This document shows, piece after piece, positions 39,102 to 49,542 of a stretch of DNA of 53,654 bases (position 1 is the first letter of the stretch; each line of letters begins with the position of its first letter). The notes under the pieces were generated by a model that saw only the letters and a list, made by a program, of their open reading frames with translations, searched no databases and had not been told where the DNA came from. A program made the translations under genes and the position numbers. The stretch covers positions 1-53,654 of the forward strand of contig JBHPHA010000005.1 of NCBI GenBank assembly GCA_042569905.1, written 5' to 3'. This DNA is from Patescibacteria group bacterium. Lineage in GTDB: Bacteria; Patescibacteriota; Minisyncoccia; Moranbacterales; UBA9337.

Positions 39102-39860
39102 CTAAATCGACGCCTCTTCTACTAATGCGTCTTCTTCTATTGTGGATGCCAATGAAACAAATACTAGCGTCAGCACTGCAAACACAAATGCCTGAACAAC
39201 TGATGTTAGAAGTCCCAAAAACATAAATGGTAGTGGAACAAAAAACGGCGCTAAAAAAAGCATCACAGCTCCCAAAACTTCTCCAGCAAAAATATTTCCA
39301 AACAAACGAAATGACAAAGAAACAACCTTTGCAATCTCCCCAATAATATCCATGATTCCCAAGAAAAATCCCAACGGACTCCTGAAGTTAAAAAACTTAC
39401 CGAGATATCCAAAAGGACCATGCACAACAATCGCAATAATCTGAACCAAAATCACAGTCACCATCGTCATCACAAAAACCATTCCATAATCCGCCATTGC
39501 AGCACGAAAAAGAGGGACTGTGCCCTCCTCAGTTGCCAATGATATTGCAGCTTGACCTGGGATATATGTAAGTAAGTTTGAAATAAGAATGAAGACAAAC
39601 ATGGTAAAAGCTAGTGGAAAAATCTTTTTTGCCTTCTCCCTATCACCAATAATAGACTCCACAAAATCAAAACTTCCTTCAATCAAAATCTCCATCAAAG
39701 ACTGTAGTCTTCCTGGAATTGCCTTAAATTTAATTCTAGTGATTAAAAAAATCGCTAATACTAGAATGGTCACAAAAATAGACACAAAAAACGCGTTTGT
39801 GACTGGAAACGAACCTAAACTAAAAATAACCTCCGGTGATAAAGAAATATTTAGACCCAT
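39102..39860 (-). CDS. atpB: ATP synthase Fo subunit a
   Basis: SLSFRLFGNIFAGE, VQAFVF. Confidence 0.97.
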   Translation of the reverse strand: MGLNISLSPEVIFSLGSFPVTNAFFVSIFVTILVLAIFLITRIKFKAIPGRLQSLMEILIEGSFDFVESIIGDREKAKKIFPLAFTMFVFILISNLLTYIPGQAAISLATEEGTVPLFRAAMADYGMVFVMTMVTVILVQIIAIVVHGPFGYLGKFFNFRSPLGFFLGIMDIIGEIAKVVSLSFRLFGNIFAGEVLGAVMLFLAPFFVPLPFMFLGLLTSVVQAFVFAVLTLVFVSLASTIEEDALVEEASI

Positions 39861-39976
39861 TGTTAGAATAAAATTTCAACTGTTCGTAAATTAAACAAAC
39901 AAAATCAATACTGAATTGCATCAGTTTTGAACTTATTGAAATTTTTTAATTTTTATTATTTAAAAAATTTAATATT

Positions 39977-40246
39977 TTACTTTTTTTCATCCTTTTTATC
40001 CTCCCCTTCTGCTCCTAAATCATCAATCATTCCAGTCATTTTCCGAACTTGTTTGAAAAGCATTACATTGGTTACTATAAACGCAATACCAATAAAAATC
40101 AACAACCAAAGTGGCTTTGTTTCAAACCTTCTATCCAACATCCACCCAATTGATCCGAAAACCAATATTGGTCCAAGAATTGAAGCACTCGTGTACATTG
40201 CAACACCCTTTATTATTCCACTGAAATTTTTCAATTTATTATTCAA
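39977..40246 (-). CDS. AtpZ/AtpI-family membrane protein
   Basis: GWMLDRRFETKPLW motif, two TM helices, first gene of the atp operon. Confidence 0.85.
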   Translation of the reverse strand: MNNKLKNFSGIIKGVAMYTSASILGPILVFGSIGWMLDRRFETKPLWLLIFIGIAFIVTNVMLFKQVRKMTGMIDDLGAEGEDKKDEKK

Positions 40247-40434
40247 ATACTATTTAAACACAATTTATTATAGTCGATGATTCTATAAATGTCAATTATT
40301 TCAATTTTAGCTAATTAGTGACTTAGTTGATTCGTTAATTAGGGGCACTTATTATCTCTAAAACGAGTTTACTGTAGTAAAAAAGAATAAAAAAACGAAG
40401 TGATTTTTATCACCTCGTTACTCAAACTCACACA

Positions 40435-40872
40435 TCAATCAGGAGCTTGCTCCTTGTAGAAATCAATAGACTCTTCTATTTTCAATTCAGAAAATTCGTT
40501 CAATAGAAAACTCATCATTGCGGGCAAATGATCATAAATCGATGGAATGTCACCAAGAGCCATATGATTGCCACGATCACCTATGATCATAAGACATCTT
40601 CCTTGTTTTAAATAGAATTTAATTTCATTATTTTTTGTGGCTTCAACCTCAAAAACCACATCTTTCGCAATCACCTTACTAGCAATGATTTCATCGGAAT
40701 CACAATAAGAAAAACATCCGGCAGGAACCTTACACCTCCTTACCTTTATAAACTCATCAAAATGACTATTTAAAATCCTTATTAAAATCTTCATAGTCAA
40801 TTCAATAAGATTCTTCTTTCTATCAATCTCTTGAATCCCACTATAAAGCCTTTCAACATCCTGAATATTCAT
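40435..40872 (-). CDS. hypothetical protein (orphan cassette)
   Basis: GAGGAGG SD, TATAAT promoter, terminator at ~40390-40420. Confidence 0.65.
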   Translation of the reverse strand: MNIQDVERLYSGIQEIDRKKNLIELTMKILIRILNSHFDEFIKVRRCKVPAGCFSYCDSDEIIASKVIAKDVVFEVEATKNNEIKFYLKQGRCLMIIGDRGNHMALGDIPSIYDHLPAMMSFLLNEFSELKIEESIDFYKEQAPD

Positions 40873-41081
40873 TCTTGCCCCTCCTCTGAATTAATTAGAA
40901 TATATCTGCAAAACAACTAGCCCCATCATTATACATATCTGCATACAAAAATCAATATAATCACAGATACTATTCAAGGGGGGATTCCAAGAAAATAAAA
41001 AACGGGAGCGCTTATATTAAAGCACACCCGTCACTATATCTCCTAGTTTAACGTTAATCTTTCTAGTTTAGCAAAAGATAC

Positions 41082-42023
41082 TTAATTCTTCTTTTCTTCT
41101 TTTGCCTCTTTCTTCTTCATAGCATTTTCAAAAGCTTTAGCTTTTTCAGCCGTAACAGCAAATTTTACTTGAATCCATGGATCTTTTACTGTCTCATTGG
41201 TGCCGCTGGTTTTGGCATAATTAAGTCCAAGTAATCCAGAAACAGATGCGCTTGCAAAGTCAGTACCACTGGATCCACTGGATCCAATTGAAAAACTACT
41301 GGCATCTACGGTAGCAATACGATCGATATTATTAGCTCTAATATCAACATAATCATAGCCTCGATCTGCTGCATATGAGAGAGCTGCGAAGAAGTTAGCT
41401 GCGGAGGTAAGATCTTCATCCTTGGAAATAATACTAGCAGACCCTGCGCTTACATAATCACCCCCTCGCTTGAAATGCTTCCAGCCACAAACAGCATCAC
41501 CCGTTTCAAAATTAATAGTACAAACACCGCCTGTTTTCGAATTATAAGCAATGGGCTTATACCGAACAACGACTTTATCCACAGGATCAAATGACCCCTC
41601 TTTATACTGATTGGTCGGCTTCATTACAGGATCAGGACCGAAGTATCCCAAGATTTTGGCATCCTCAACAGCTGCCTCAATCTTGTGCCGCGGAAAGGTA
41701 ATTTCATTCTTTCCCTGGTCCACCATCTCATCTATCACGAATTGAATAGCATCCATAAATCGATGACCTCTATTTCCAAGATCATCTTGAGCACCACCAA
41801 CCGGAAACGGAACTGGTCCAGGATTATACTGATGTGTCGGCGTTACCCTTTTTGATTCAGGAAACTTCAGACTCATGCCAACATTGTTAACAATGTCCCC
41901 CTGATCCATCAAGTTAATGTTTGTATCATCAACGTCCACCTTAATATCATTCGAACTGGCAAATACACTTCCGGAAAAAACCAACATTCCAGCCAAGGTA
42001 ATAGCAATAAATTTATTCTTCAT
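41082..42023 (-). CDS. secreted hypothetical protein
   Basis: Signal peptide (..SVFA), AAGGAG SD, Ser/Gly-rich C-terminal segment. Confidence 0.75.
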   Translation of the reverse strand: MKNKFIAITLAGMLVFSGSVFASSNDIKVDVDDTNINLMDQGDIVNNVGMSLKFPESKRVTPTHQYNPGPVPFPVGGAQDDLGNRGHRFMDAIQFVIDEMVDQGKNEITFPRHKIEAAVEDAKILGYFGPDPVMKPTNQYKEGSFDPVDKVVVRYKPIAYNSKTGGVCTINFETGDAVCGWKHFKRGGDYVSAGSASIISKDEDLTSAANFFAALSYAADRGYDYVDIRANNIDRIATVDASSFSIGSSGSSGTDFASASVSGLLGLNYAKTSGTNETVKDPWIQVKFAVTAEKAKAFENAMKKKEAKEEKKN

Positions 42024-42131
42024 ATTTCAATGTCTCCTTGATTTTTTTATATGCTTCTTAAATGACATAACGAGCACGAATCCATTGGGACTCGTGCTCT
42101 TTTTTCAGGTTAACAGTTTACCAAATGTAAC

Positions 42132-43004
42132 TTACATCTGATGACTAACAATAAGACGGCTCGGTAAACTTTTAGCAATAATATCAACCGTAGTAGCTGA
42201 CCATGTGCTCATCGCTCCATTTCTGGTCACTTGCTGCATAGAGCTCACATCCATGCTACTATAATCAACGCTTGCCCCAGCATTGCCAAAGACCGCCAAG
42301 CCAATTCCAAGGTTCAAACTCTGACTAGCAACTTGATAGCCGGGACCTTGATAATTGTTGAGGTTATAGTCACGATTGATGTTGACTCCGGTGTAGAAAG
42401 AAGGCGAATACCATCCTCCATGATCGGCTCCATTGGTCTCCACAAGAAAGGACTCTACTCCACCTACATCAGTGGTGTATCCTCCGTTAGTGGTATGCGC
42501 CTCATAGCCTTTCATACTGGCAAACAAAGTGTTTGCACTCAAGCCAGAGAGACCACCAGCGCTACCTTGCATCCGCTCGGTAAAACGAGTGTCATCAGCC
42601 ACCCTGGACGAACTACCCAGATTAACAACATCGGTGTTTCCCAGAAAGGTCTGATATACCGTCAACGAAGTACCGCCAAACAGAAACGTGGAAGAATTGA
42701 AATCAATCACGCCAACACGTTCACCAGCTACATCAGTGTAGTCGTCACCGCTCTGCGAATGATTGTTATACGCCGAACCCTGGGCAATGCTTCCGGAAAG
42801 ATTAATATTTCCCAGAAAAGCACTGGTATTGAGGGACACGAGCTGAAGATCAGACGAATCAACAAATACAGCAACGGGATATCCCGTCACATAGTTACGT
42901 TGATTTTGATAGGTACTCAGATCGATATTAACACCAGCCAAGGCAGGCGATGCCATCATGGCGATTGCGGCAATAGTCAAAAGGGTTTTTTTCACGATTT
43001 GCAT
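42132..43004 (-). CDS. secreted hypothetical protein, G/S/T/N-rich
   Basis: Signal peptide MQIVKKTLLTIAAIAMMASPALA; GGAG SD before ATG 43004; GC-rich. Confidence 0.75.
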   Translation of the reverse strand: MQIVKKTLLTIAAIAMMASPALAGVNIDLSTYQNQRNYVTGYPVAVFVDSSDLQLVSLNTSAFLGNINLSGSIAQGSAYNNHSQSGDDYTDVAGERVGVIDFNSSTFLFGGTSLTVYQTFLGNTDVVNLGSSSRVADDTRFTERMQGSAGGLSGLSANTLFASMKGYEAHTTNGGYTTDVGGVESFLVETNGADHGGWYSPSFYTGVNINRDYNLNNYQGPGYQVASQSLNLGIGLAVFGNAGASVDYSSMDVSSMQQVTRNGAMSTWSATTVDIIAKSLPSRLIVSHQM

Positions 43005-43061
43005 TGTATTTTCTCCAAAATGCATTTTTTACAATAAAATTGTTTTTTAACGAAATTGAAA

Positions 43062-43595
43062 CTACATTTGAGCCTCTTCGATAAAACCACCTCCTTTTTC
43101 AAAGTAAGATAAGTAATAAGTGATAGGCACTAATTCAATTAACGCCTCTCCTTTGACACTTTTCAGTGTCACCCAAAGCCTAACGTATTTACCTCTCGGT
43201 TCACAAGGAAGATCTATTTTGTAATTTTCACCTTCGGGTGGATCTGGAACCCTCCTTCTCACTCCCGAAGTTAAAATAGAATTCTCATCGTCCAAAAACT
43301 CTTCTCTAGTCCAGACTTGGTAAGTAACATCCTCTGGATTTGAAACAGACAGTTGAATACTAGCAACTTCTGAATTCTTATAAACCTCGAAATCTTTCAT
43401 AACCGAAATAAATCGAGGTCCTTCATGTTTATCTTTTAAAACAATAAAAGATCCTATTTTCAATAGTGATATTTTATTATTATCAAGAATAACTGGAATC
43501 TCATTAATGTGTAGCGAAATCTTTTTCTCACTGCAACCAATAAGATTTAGAAAAATAAACGAAACCAAAATAGCATAAAGCATCTTATATCTCAT
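43062..43595 (-). CDS. putative lipoprotein
   Basis: Lipobox-like LIGC after a hydrophobic signal; AGGAG SD. Confidence 0.65.
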   Translation of the reverse strand: MRYKMLYAILVSFIFLNLIGCSEKKISLHINEIPVILDNNKISLLKIGSFIVLKDKHEGPRFISVMKDFEVYKNSEVASIQLSVSNPEDVTYQVWTREEFLDDENSILTSGVRRRVPDPPEGENYKIDLPCEPRGKYVRLWVTLKSVKGEALIELVPITYYLSYFEKGGGFIEEAQM

Positions 43596-43868
43596 CTCTT
43601 TTCTCCTGAAAAGATTATATTAAACTGTTAAAGTTCTAAAAACGTTGCAAATATTTTTTATCACAACGTTTTCGATAATATACTAAGTTAAAAAATATGT
43701 CAAGGATTTCCTAAAATAAATATGAAGAAAAGATGAATTTCGTAAATATTTCATTCACATTAATGTGCTTTTTATCCCGCTATTAAGCCAATATTAACCA
43801 TTTAACAAATATTACTTAATTTCCTTCTAAAATTCACTAAAAACAGTACCCTAAAATATTTTTAACTG

Positions 43869-44663
43869 CTAGATTTTAAAGATTTTTAAAGCATTTTCAG
43901 TGGTAATTTCTTCCACATCCTCAATACTCACATCCTTAACAGCTGCTACTTTCTCAGCAACATGCGAAACATTCATTGGCTCATTTCGATCATCCCTCAG
44001 GAGTGGTCTTGGAGTGAGGTAGGGACAGTCAGTTTCAATTAAAATATCTTCCATTGGAGTATCTTTTAAAACCTTATCATACGACTCTGAATAAGTTGCA
44101 ATTCCATTGAAGCCAAGTTTAAAGCCAAGCTCCCTAAAAAGTCTTGCCGTCTTGTAGCTCCCAATGAAACTATGAATTACTCCCTTTTTTAGGACAGGTT
44201 TTTTCTCAAGGATTTCCAAAATATCCGGATACGAATCCCACCCATGAATTATCAGGGGTTTTTCAATTTCATTAGCCAAGTCAATAAATTTCTCAAAAAC
44301 TTCTTTTTGTTTTTTCTTCATCATTTCAATATCATCTCCCTCTTCAAAGTGATGATAGTCAATTCCAACCTCACCAATTGCCACAACTTTTTCATTTTTT
44401 GCAAGTTCACGAAATTCATCAAAATCAACAATTTCCCCACTTTTACCTTTGCGCAGAACTTGATTAATGTTAGCCGGATGAAATCCCACAGCTGCCCAAA
44501 CTCCGTCCTCATATTTTTCAGCATACTCAATTGCTCTTTTACTGTTTTTCAAATCAGAACCAACATTAATCATCTGCGTATTATGCTCTAGGGATTTCTC
44601 AATCACTTTATCAGCATCCTCCCTAAAGGCTTTCATATTTACATGTGCATGTGAATCAAACAT
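43869..44663 (-). CDS. tatD: TatD family DNase
   Basis: DSHAH, GFHP, AIGEVGIDY, IETDCPYL, RNEP. Confidence 0.95.
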   Translation of the reverse strand: MFDSHAHVNMKAFREDADKVIEKSLEHNTQMINVGSDLKNSKRAIEYAEKYEDGVWAAVGFHPANINQVLRKGKSGEIVDFDEFRELAKNEKVVAIGEVGIDYHHFEEGDDIEMMKKKQKEVFEKFIDLANEIEKPLIIHGWDSYPDILEILEKKPVLKKGVIHSFIGSYKTARLFRELGFKLGFNGIATYSESYDKVLKDTPMEDILIETDCPYLTPRPLLRDDRNEPMNVSHVAEKVAAVKDVSIEDVEEITTENALKIFKI

Positions 44664-44716
44664 ATTTTATATCTAAATTTTACAATTTTACAGTGAAAAT
44701 TCTTAGCAACTAACTT

Positions 44717-45898
44717 TTAAACTTTCAATTCCTTCCTAAAAGAATTCATTGAAATTACAGCCATTGCTGCAATCAAGAATACCCATTGCAAAGAAAAATA
44801 GAACGAAGTTATAATTATGAAAATTAAAGCTAAAATTCTTCCAGTATTTATTGCGATTTCTCTTAAGACAGTATATTCATCAACATAATGCTCACTTCTT
44901 GAGAATAAATCATAGGTCATTACATTAAATGAAGATCTAAAAAATATTCCAACAATCATATGATAAACACCTACAACAAAAATTTGAAAAGCGGTTAGCA
45001 CAAATATTTTTACAACCCACCCCATTGAATACATTATTGCTCCAAAATTCAAAATCTTACCCTTATTACCTTTACCCTTGTCCATATACTTGCCCAAACT
45101 AAAATTTAAAAATACTGTAACCATTACCGTCAAAGCAGAGACTGCTCCAACTTGAAAATAATTACCTCTCAATAAATCATAGATAAATATCGGCCAAATA
45201 GCGCTACCGACTATCCCTTCTACACCTTCAAACATAAACGCCATTGACTCCCTTCTGTTTTTCTTACCAAAACATTCCCTAAAAGTTTGAAAATAACTCC
45301 ACTCAAATTTTTCATCAATTCGCGGAAGCTTAATATAGAAAATACTTGAGATAACGTACAGCACAATAACTACTATGAAAATAAATTTAAAGCCATATAC
45401 TGCAATCAATAAACCTGCAGTCAAGGGAACAATAGCAGACAAAACACTTCCAATAATGCGAAATAAACTTAATTGACTCCCTCTACTGCTGTCATCTGTA
45501 AGTTTTGAAAATTCAACATGATATGGAACCCAATAAAAAATAGAATTCATTGCCATCATAAATGACACTATCGGAAGTAGTACTAAAAAATTATCTTCAT
45601 TAGCAAAATAAAGCAATACATAAATAGAAATTCCAATTAGCACGCTAATTCTCAAGGAGTTCCTAAACCCAAATGACCCCAAAAACTTAGCCCCAATAGG
45701 CACCATAAGCACAACAAAAAGAGACGCGCATATATAAAATAACGCAACAAAATTTATATTGCGATCCAGAATATCGAATAAAAATATAGGCAAAAACAAT
45801 CCCGAAAAACCCTGAATAATCAACATAATTGATCTAGCTCCTAATAGTAATTTCAATCCTTTTGATAGTTTTAATTCTGAAAATATTTTTTTTATCAT
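44717..45898 (-). CDS. MFS transporter
   Basis: About 12 hydrophobic segments over 393 aa. Confidence 0.8.
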   Translation of the reverse strand: MIKKIFSELKLSKGLKLLLGARSIMLIIQGFSGLFLPIFLFDILDRNINFVALFYICASLFVVLMVPIGAKFLGSFGFRNSLRISVLIGISIYVLLYFANEDNFLVLLPIVSFMMAMNSIFYWVPYHVEFSKLTDDSSRGSQLSLFRIIGSVLSAIVPLTAGLLIAVYGFKFIFIVVIVLYVISSIFYIKLPRIDEKFEWSYFQTFRECFGKKNRRESMAFMFEGVEGIVGSAIWPIFIYDLLRGNYFQVGAVSALTVMVTVFLNFSLGKYMDKGKGNKGKILNFGAIMYSMGWVVKIFVLTAFQIFVVGVYHMIVGIFFRSSFNVMTYDLFSRSEHYVDEYTVLREIAINTGRILALIFIIITSFYFSLQWVFLIAAMAVISMNSFRKELKV

Positions 45899-45910
45899 TT
45901 TTTATTAAAT

Positions 45911-47395
45911 TTATAATATTTTATTTATATAATAATCAACCGGGGCATAATCATCAGTTAGTATTGGCTGATTTACCTCTATTTTCTCTTTCCATAAGTG
46001 ATCCAAATAACCCTTAATCTCCAAATCATCGCTTTTGAAACTAATTTCTTTTTCAGATTTTAGTGCTACTAGGATTATATTTTGATAACTCTCTTTATTA
46101 TTCATATCTCTCACTGGAAACAAAAAAACTTGAGGAAAAACACTTTTATACGTAGCGTATTCTGCATTTAAAAATAAATTCTTCTCGCCTTCTAGCGAAG
46201 CTACTAAATTCAAAATCACCACACCATCATCACTCAATGCATTAAATTCTTTTTGAATAGCTTCCCTTGTTGTTAAATGATATGGGACTGAACACCTTGA
46301 GCTAAAAGCATCTCCAAAAATAACATCGTACTTTTTCTCAACCTTATTCAAGTACACCCTTCCATCTTCATGAAAAATATTAAGTCGAGAATCATCTTTT
46401 AATCTAAAATATTTTTTAGCAAGTTCCGTCACCTTAGGGTCAATTTCAACAACATCCATTGTGGCATTTTGATATTTTTTTAAAAAATCTTTTGGATAGG
46501 AATATCCCGCCCCGCCTATCATTAGAGTAGTCTTAAAGTCAGGACTGAAAAACCTCGCCAAATGATAGAACTTAGTGTAGTCATTAACTAACTCATCACT
46601 ATCTAAAAACATCGCGGAATGATTTTCATTATTAATTCCCATCACCCTTACGCGAGCTTTTTTTTCAACGTTCTCAGTATTATAAATCCAGATTCGATTA
46701 TACTCCGTATCAATATCCAAAAATCCCTCTTCGCTAATAATCTGAGCAGTCTTACCAATCATAATCCATGCTAAAAAAAGACTCACTAAAAAGAACATCC
46801 TTATGCCCCTAAGAAAATCTCTAGAAAGCATAAACGAAACTATCAGCAAAATTGCCGCCATTATAATCAGTAATTTATTTGTCCCAAAATGCGGAATCAA
46901 ATAAAACCCAGCCAGAAATGTTCCGAAAATGCTCCCCAAGGTAGATATCGCATACAAATTTCCGACTACAGAAGCAGAATTACTCAAGTCATCTAATTTA
47001 ATCTTTGCTGCATACGGAGAAACCATTCCTAGTAAGATACTAGCAGGCGCAAATAAGACAACTGCTGCAATGATTGATGGGATTTTTATCCCGGAAGTAT
47101 AACTCAAAAGTACCGCAAGGAAAGATTCCTTAAGCATTATCATTAACCCAATGACAACTGCAGCTGAGAAAATAATTACAGCTAAATTTTTAATATGCGG
47201 ACTCTTATCTGCCAATCTCCCACCATAGTAATATCCCAAACTCAGACTCCCTAGAATTATTCCAATTAAACTAGTCCAAACAAAAATCGATGTCCCAAAA
47301 TACGGACCTAAAACCCTTGAACCCACCAATTCGAATACCATCACGATCGCTCCGCAAGCAAACACAGCTACTTCTAAAATGTACTTTTGTTTCAT
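45911..47395 (-). CDS. fused MFS-like membrane domain / spermidine synthase-like protein
   Basis: ELVGSRVLGPYFGTS, GNLYAISTLGS, IGGAG, VEIDP, DAFS, ILTDDYAP. Confidence 0.9.
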   Translation of the reverse strand: MKQKYILEVAVFACGAIVMVFELVGSRVLGPYFGTSIFVWTSLIGIILGSLSLGYYYGGRLADKSPHIKNLAVIIFSAAVVIGLMIMLKESFLAVLLSYTSGIKIPSIIAAVVLFAPASILLGMVSPYAAKIKLDDLSNSASVVGNLYAISTLGSIFGTFLAGFYLIPHFGTNKLLIIMAAILLIVSFMLSRDFLRGIRMFFLVSLFLAWIMIGKTAQIISEEGFLDIDTEYNRIWIYNTENVEKKARVRVMGINNENHSAMFLDSDELVNDYTKFYHLARFFSPDFKTTLMIGGAGYSYPKDFLKKYQNATMDVVEIDPKVTELAKKYFRLKDDSRLNIFHEDGRVYLNKVEKKYDVIFGDAFSSRCSVPYHLTTREAIQKEFNALSDDGVVILNLVASLEGEKNLFLNAEYATYKSVFPQVFLFPVRDMNNKESYQNIILVALKSEKEISFKSDDLEIKGYLDHLWKEKIEVNQPILTDDYAPVDYYINKIL

Positions 47396-47461
47396 ATGTA
47401 AATATTAAATCAAAAAGTAAAACTCAAAACCACAGCTTAAAATTTAAAACTCCCTCACTAC

Positions 47462-47649
47462 TGTCATTCCGGAAAGCATATTTTTCAAAACGAGGTACGA
47501 GTTTTAGAAAAATAGTTTATCCGGAATCTACGCTAACAAAAACCACAGGCTAAATATATTATCTCAGATTACATTCAGCGTAGATTCCGGATAAGTTAAT
47601 TTCTTTGAATTCGTACCTCCTTCAAGAAATTATACTTTCCAGAATGACA
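47462..47649. repeat. REPIN-like element, copy 2, 8 bp downstream of the GIY-YIG gene
   Basis: TGTCATTCCGGAAAGCATA..GAGGTACGAG..TATCCGGAATC [54 nt] GATTCCGGATAAG..AGAATGACA; 188 bp, same length as 9610-9797. Confidence 0.85.
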
Positions 47650-47657
47650 TACGTGAA

Positions 47658-47942
47658 TTATAACTCATCATACAAATCACTCCAATCCGGATTATCTTTT
47701 TCAATCAATTCAATTTTCCAGGATCTTTTCCATTTCTTTAATTGCTTCTCCCGATTCAATGCACTCATCACATTTTCCGTCTGTTCGAAATACACCAGCT
47801 TACTACAGCAATATTCCCTAGTAAATCCCTTCACCACCTTATTCTTATGTTCCCAAACTCTTTTCTGCAAATTACCTGTAACCCCAATATACAGCGTTCC
47901 ATTCTTTCTATTAGTAAGAATATAAGCACAATATATTTTCAT
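47658..47942 (-). CDS. small GIY-YIG nuclease (UPF0213-like)
   Basis: AYILTNRKNGTLYIGVTGNLQKRVWEH..LVYFE..REKQLKKWKRSWKIELIEKDNPDW. Confidence 0.93.
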   Translation of the reverse strand: MKIYCAYILTNRKNGTLYIGVTGNLQKRVWEHKNKVVKGFTREYCCSKLVYFEQTENVMSALNREKQLKKWKRSWKIELIEKDNPDWSDLYDEL

Positions 47943-47950
47943 GTCTAGTA

Positions 47951-49393
47951 TCAACTAATCCTTTGAAATAAAATTTCTCTTTCCTTTGTCTCTAGGGCAG
48001 TTTTAATTTTTTCTGCAGTTTCGGGCATGAAAGGAATTAGAAGTTGTGACACTCGGAATAAGTCCAAGACTAATCCGCCCATCACTGCTTCGAACTTGTC
48101 TTGGTCAGTTTTTTTGAGCTCCCAAGGTTTTGTTTCTTCGATTTTCTTGTTGCTTTCCCTGACAATGCTCCAAATATTTTCCAATGCTTTTGAAAATTCA
48201 AGTTTCTCCATTGTGTCACCCAAGACATCCCTCTCGCACTGTTCCCTTACCATCGCTGGCTCAACAATCGCCTCTTTTATGCTCTCATTCAAATCCAAAT
48301 CCTCACTCAACTTCACTACTCTTGAAACCAGGTTTCCAAGACCATTAGCAAGATCAGCATTATATTTCTCAGTCATCCTTTCCATTGTCACATCCACATC
48401 CTCTCCGAATGTTCCCGCATTCAAAAGAAGATATCTCGTTCCATCTACTCCAAATTTTTCAGTCATCTCGCCAATACTAATCACGTTCCCAAGAGTTTTG
48501 CTCATCTTTTTTCCATCAGACAGAATGTGCCCATGAGTAAAAATTTGCTTTGGAAGTTCAATTCCCAAGTGCAAAAGCATAATTGGCCAAATAGTTGCAT
48601 GCACTCTCAAGATATCTTTTCCAATTAAGTGTATGTTTGCTGGCCAAAATTCTGGAATATTTTCTGTGTCACCATCCCAATCAAGTCCGGTAATATAATT
48701 CAAAAAAGCATCAAACCACACATAGGTTGTGTGACTCTCATCAAAAGGAAGTGTGATTCCCCAAGAAACATTTTTTCTAGAAATTGAAAGATCTTTCAAT
48801 TCTTGCCCTTCCAAAAATGCCAGTATTTCGTTTTTGTATCTTTCTGGATAAATATCAAGTTCACCCGATTTTATTTTCTCGATCAATTCCCTTTGCTTCT
48901 CCTCCATTTTCAACATATAACTCTCCTCCTTCATCACCTCAGGCTCTCTGTTGTGGTCTGGACACTTTCCATCCACCAAATCACTCTCATTCAAAAATTG
49001 CTCACACCCAACGCAATACAGTCCCTCGTATTCACCCTTATAGATAACACCTTTGTCATACAAATCCTCTAAAGTTTTTTGCACAGCCTTTTTGTGATTC
49101 TCATCAGTTGTTCGAATGAAATTATTGTATTCAATTCCAAGTTCTCCCCAAAGAGACTTGAACTCATCAGCAACACCATCAACCAATTCTTGTGGAGTTT
49201 TTCCCTCACCTTCAGCTTTTTCCTGAATTTTCGCTCCATGCTCATCCATTCCAGTCAGCATAAAAGTGCTCTTTCCTTCAAGTTTATGAAAACGAGTCAG
49301 TGTGTCAGCAGCAATCGTCGTGTAAGCATGTCCAATATGCGGAGATGCATTCGCATAGTATATTGGAGTTGTTATGTAAAATTTATCATTCAT
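47951..49393 (-). CDS. metG: methionine--tRNA ligase (short form)
   Basis: YITTPIYY, PHIGHAY, GKDILRVH, KMSKTLGN. Confidence 0.98.
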   Translation of the reverse strand: MNDKFYITTPIYYANASPHIGHAYTTIAADTLTRFHKLEGKSTFMLTGMDEHGAKIQEKAEGEGKTPQELVDGVADEFKSLWGELGIEYNNFIRTTDENHKKAVQKTLEDLYDKGVIYKGEYEGLYCVGCEQFLNESDLVDGKCPDHNREPEVMKEESYMLKMEEKQRELIEKIKSGELDIYPERYKNEILAFLEGQELKDLSISRKNVSWGITLPFDESHTTYVWFDAFLNYITGLDWDGDTENIPEFWPANIHLIGKDILRVHATIWPIMLLHLGIELPKQIFTHGHILSDGKKMSKTLGNVISIGEMTEKFGVDGTRYLLLNAGTFGEDVDVTMERMTEKYNADLANGLGNLVSRVVKLSEDLDLNESIKEAIVEPAMVREQCERDVLGDTMEKLEFSKALENIWSIVRESNKKIEETKPWELKKTDQDKFEAVMGGLVLDLFRVSQLLIPFMPETAEKIKTALETKEREILFQRIS

Positions 49394-49542
49394 AATATTA
49401 TATTTATATTCTCACTCTAAAAATTAAATCTGGAAATTTTAAATAAATCTACCATTGACTTTTTCCTATATTTTCAATACTATACTCTAAAGAGTAATTT
49501 GACAATAAACACAACCAGTCTCATCAAAAAAAGGAGAAGATT

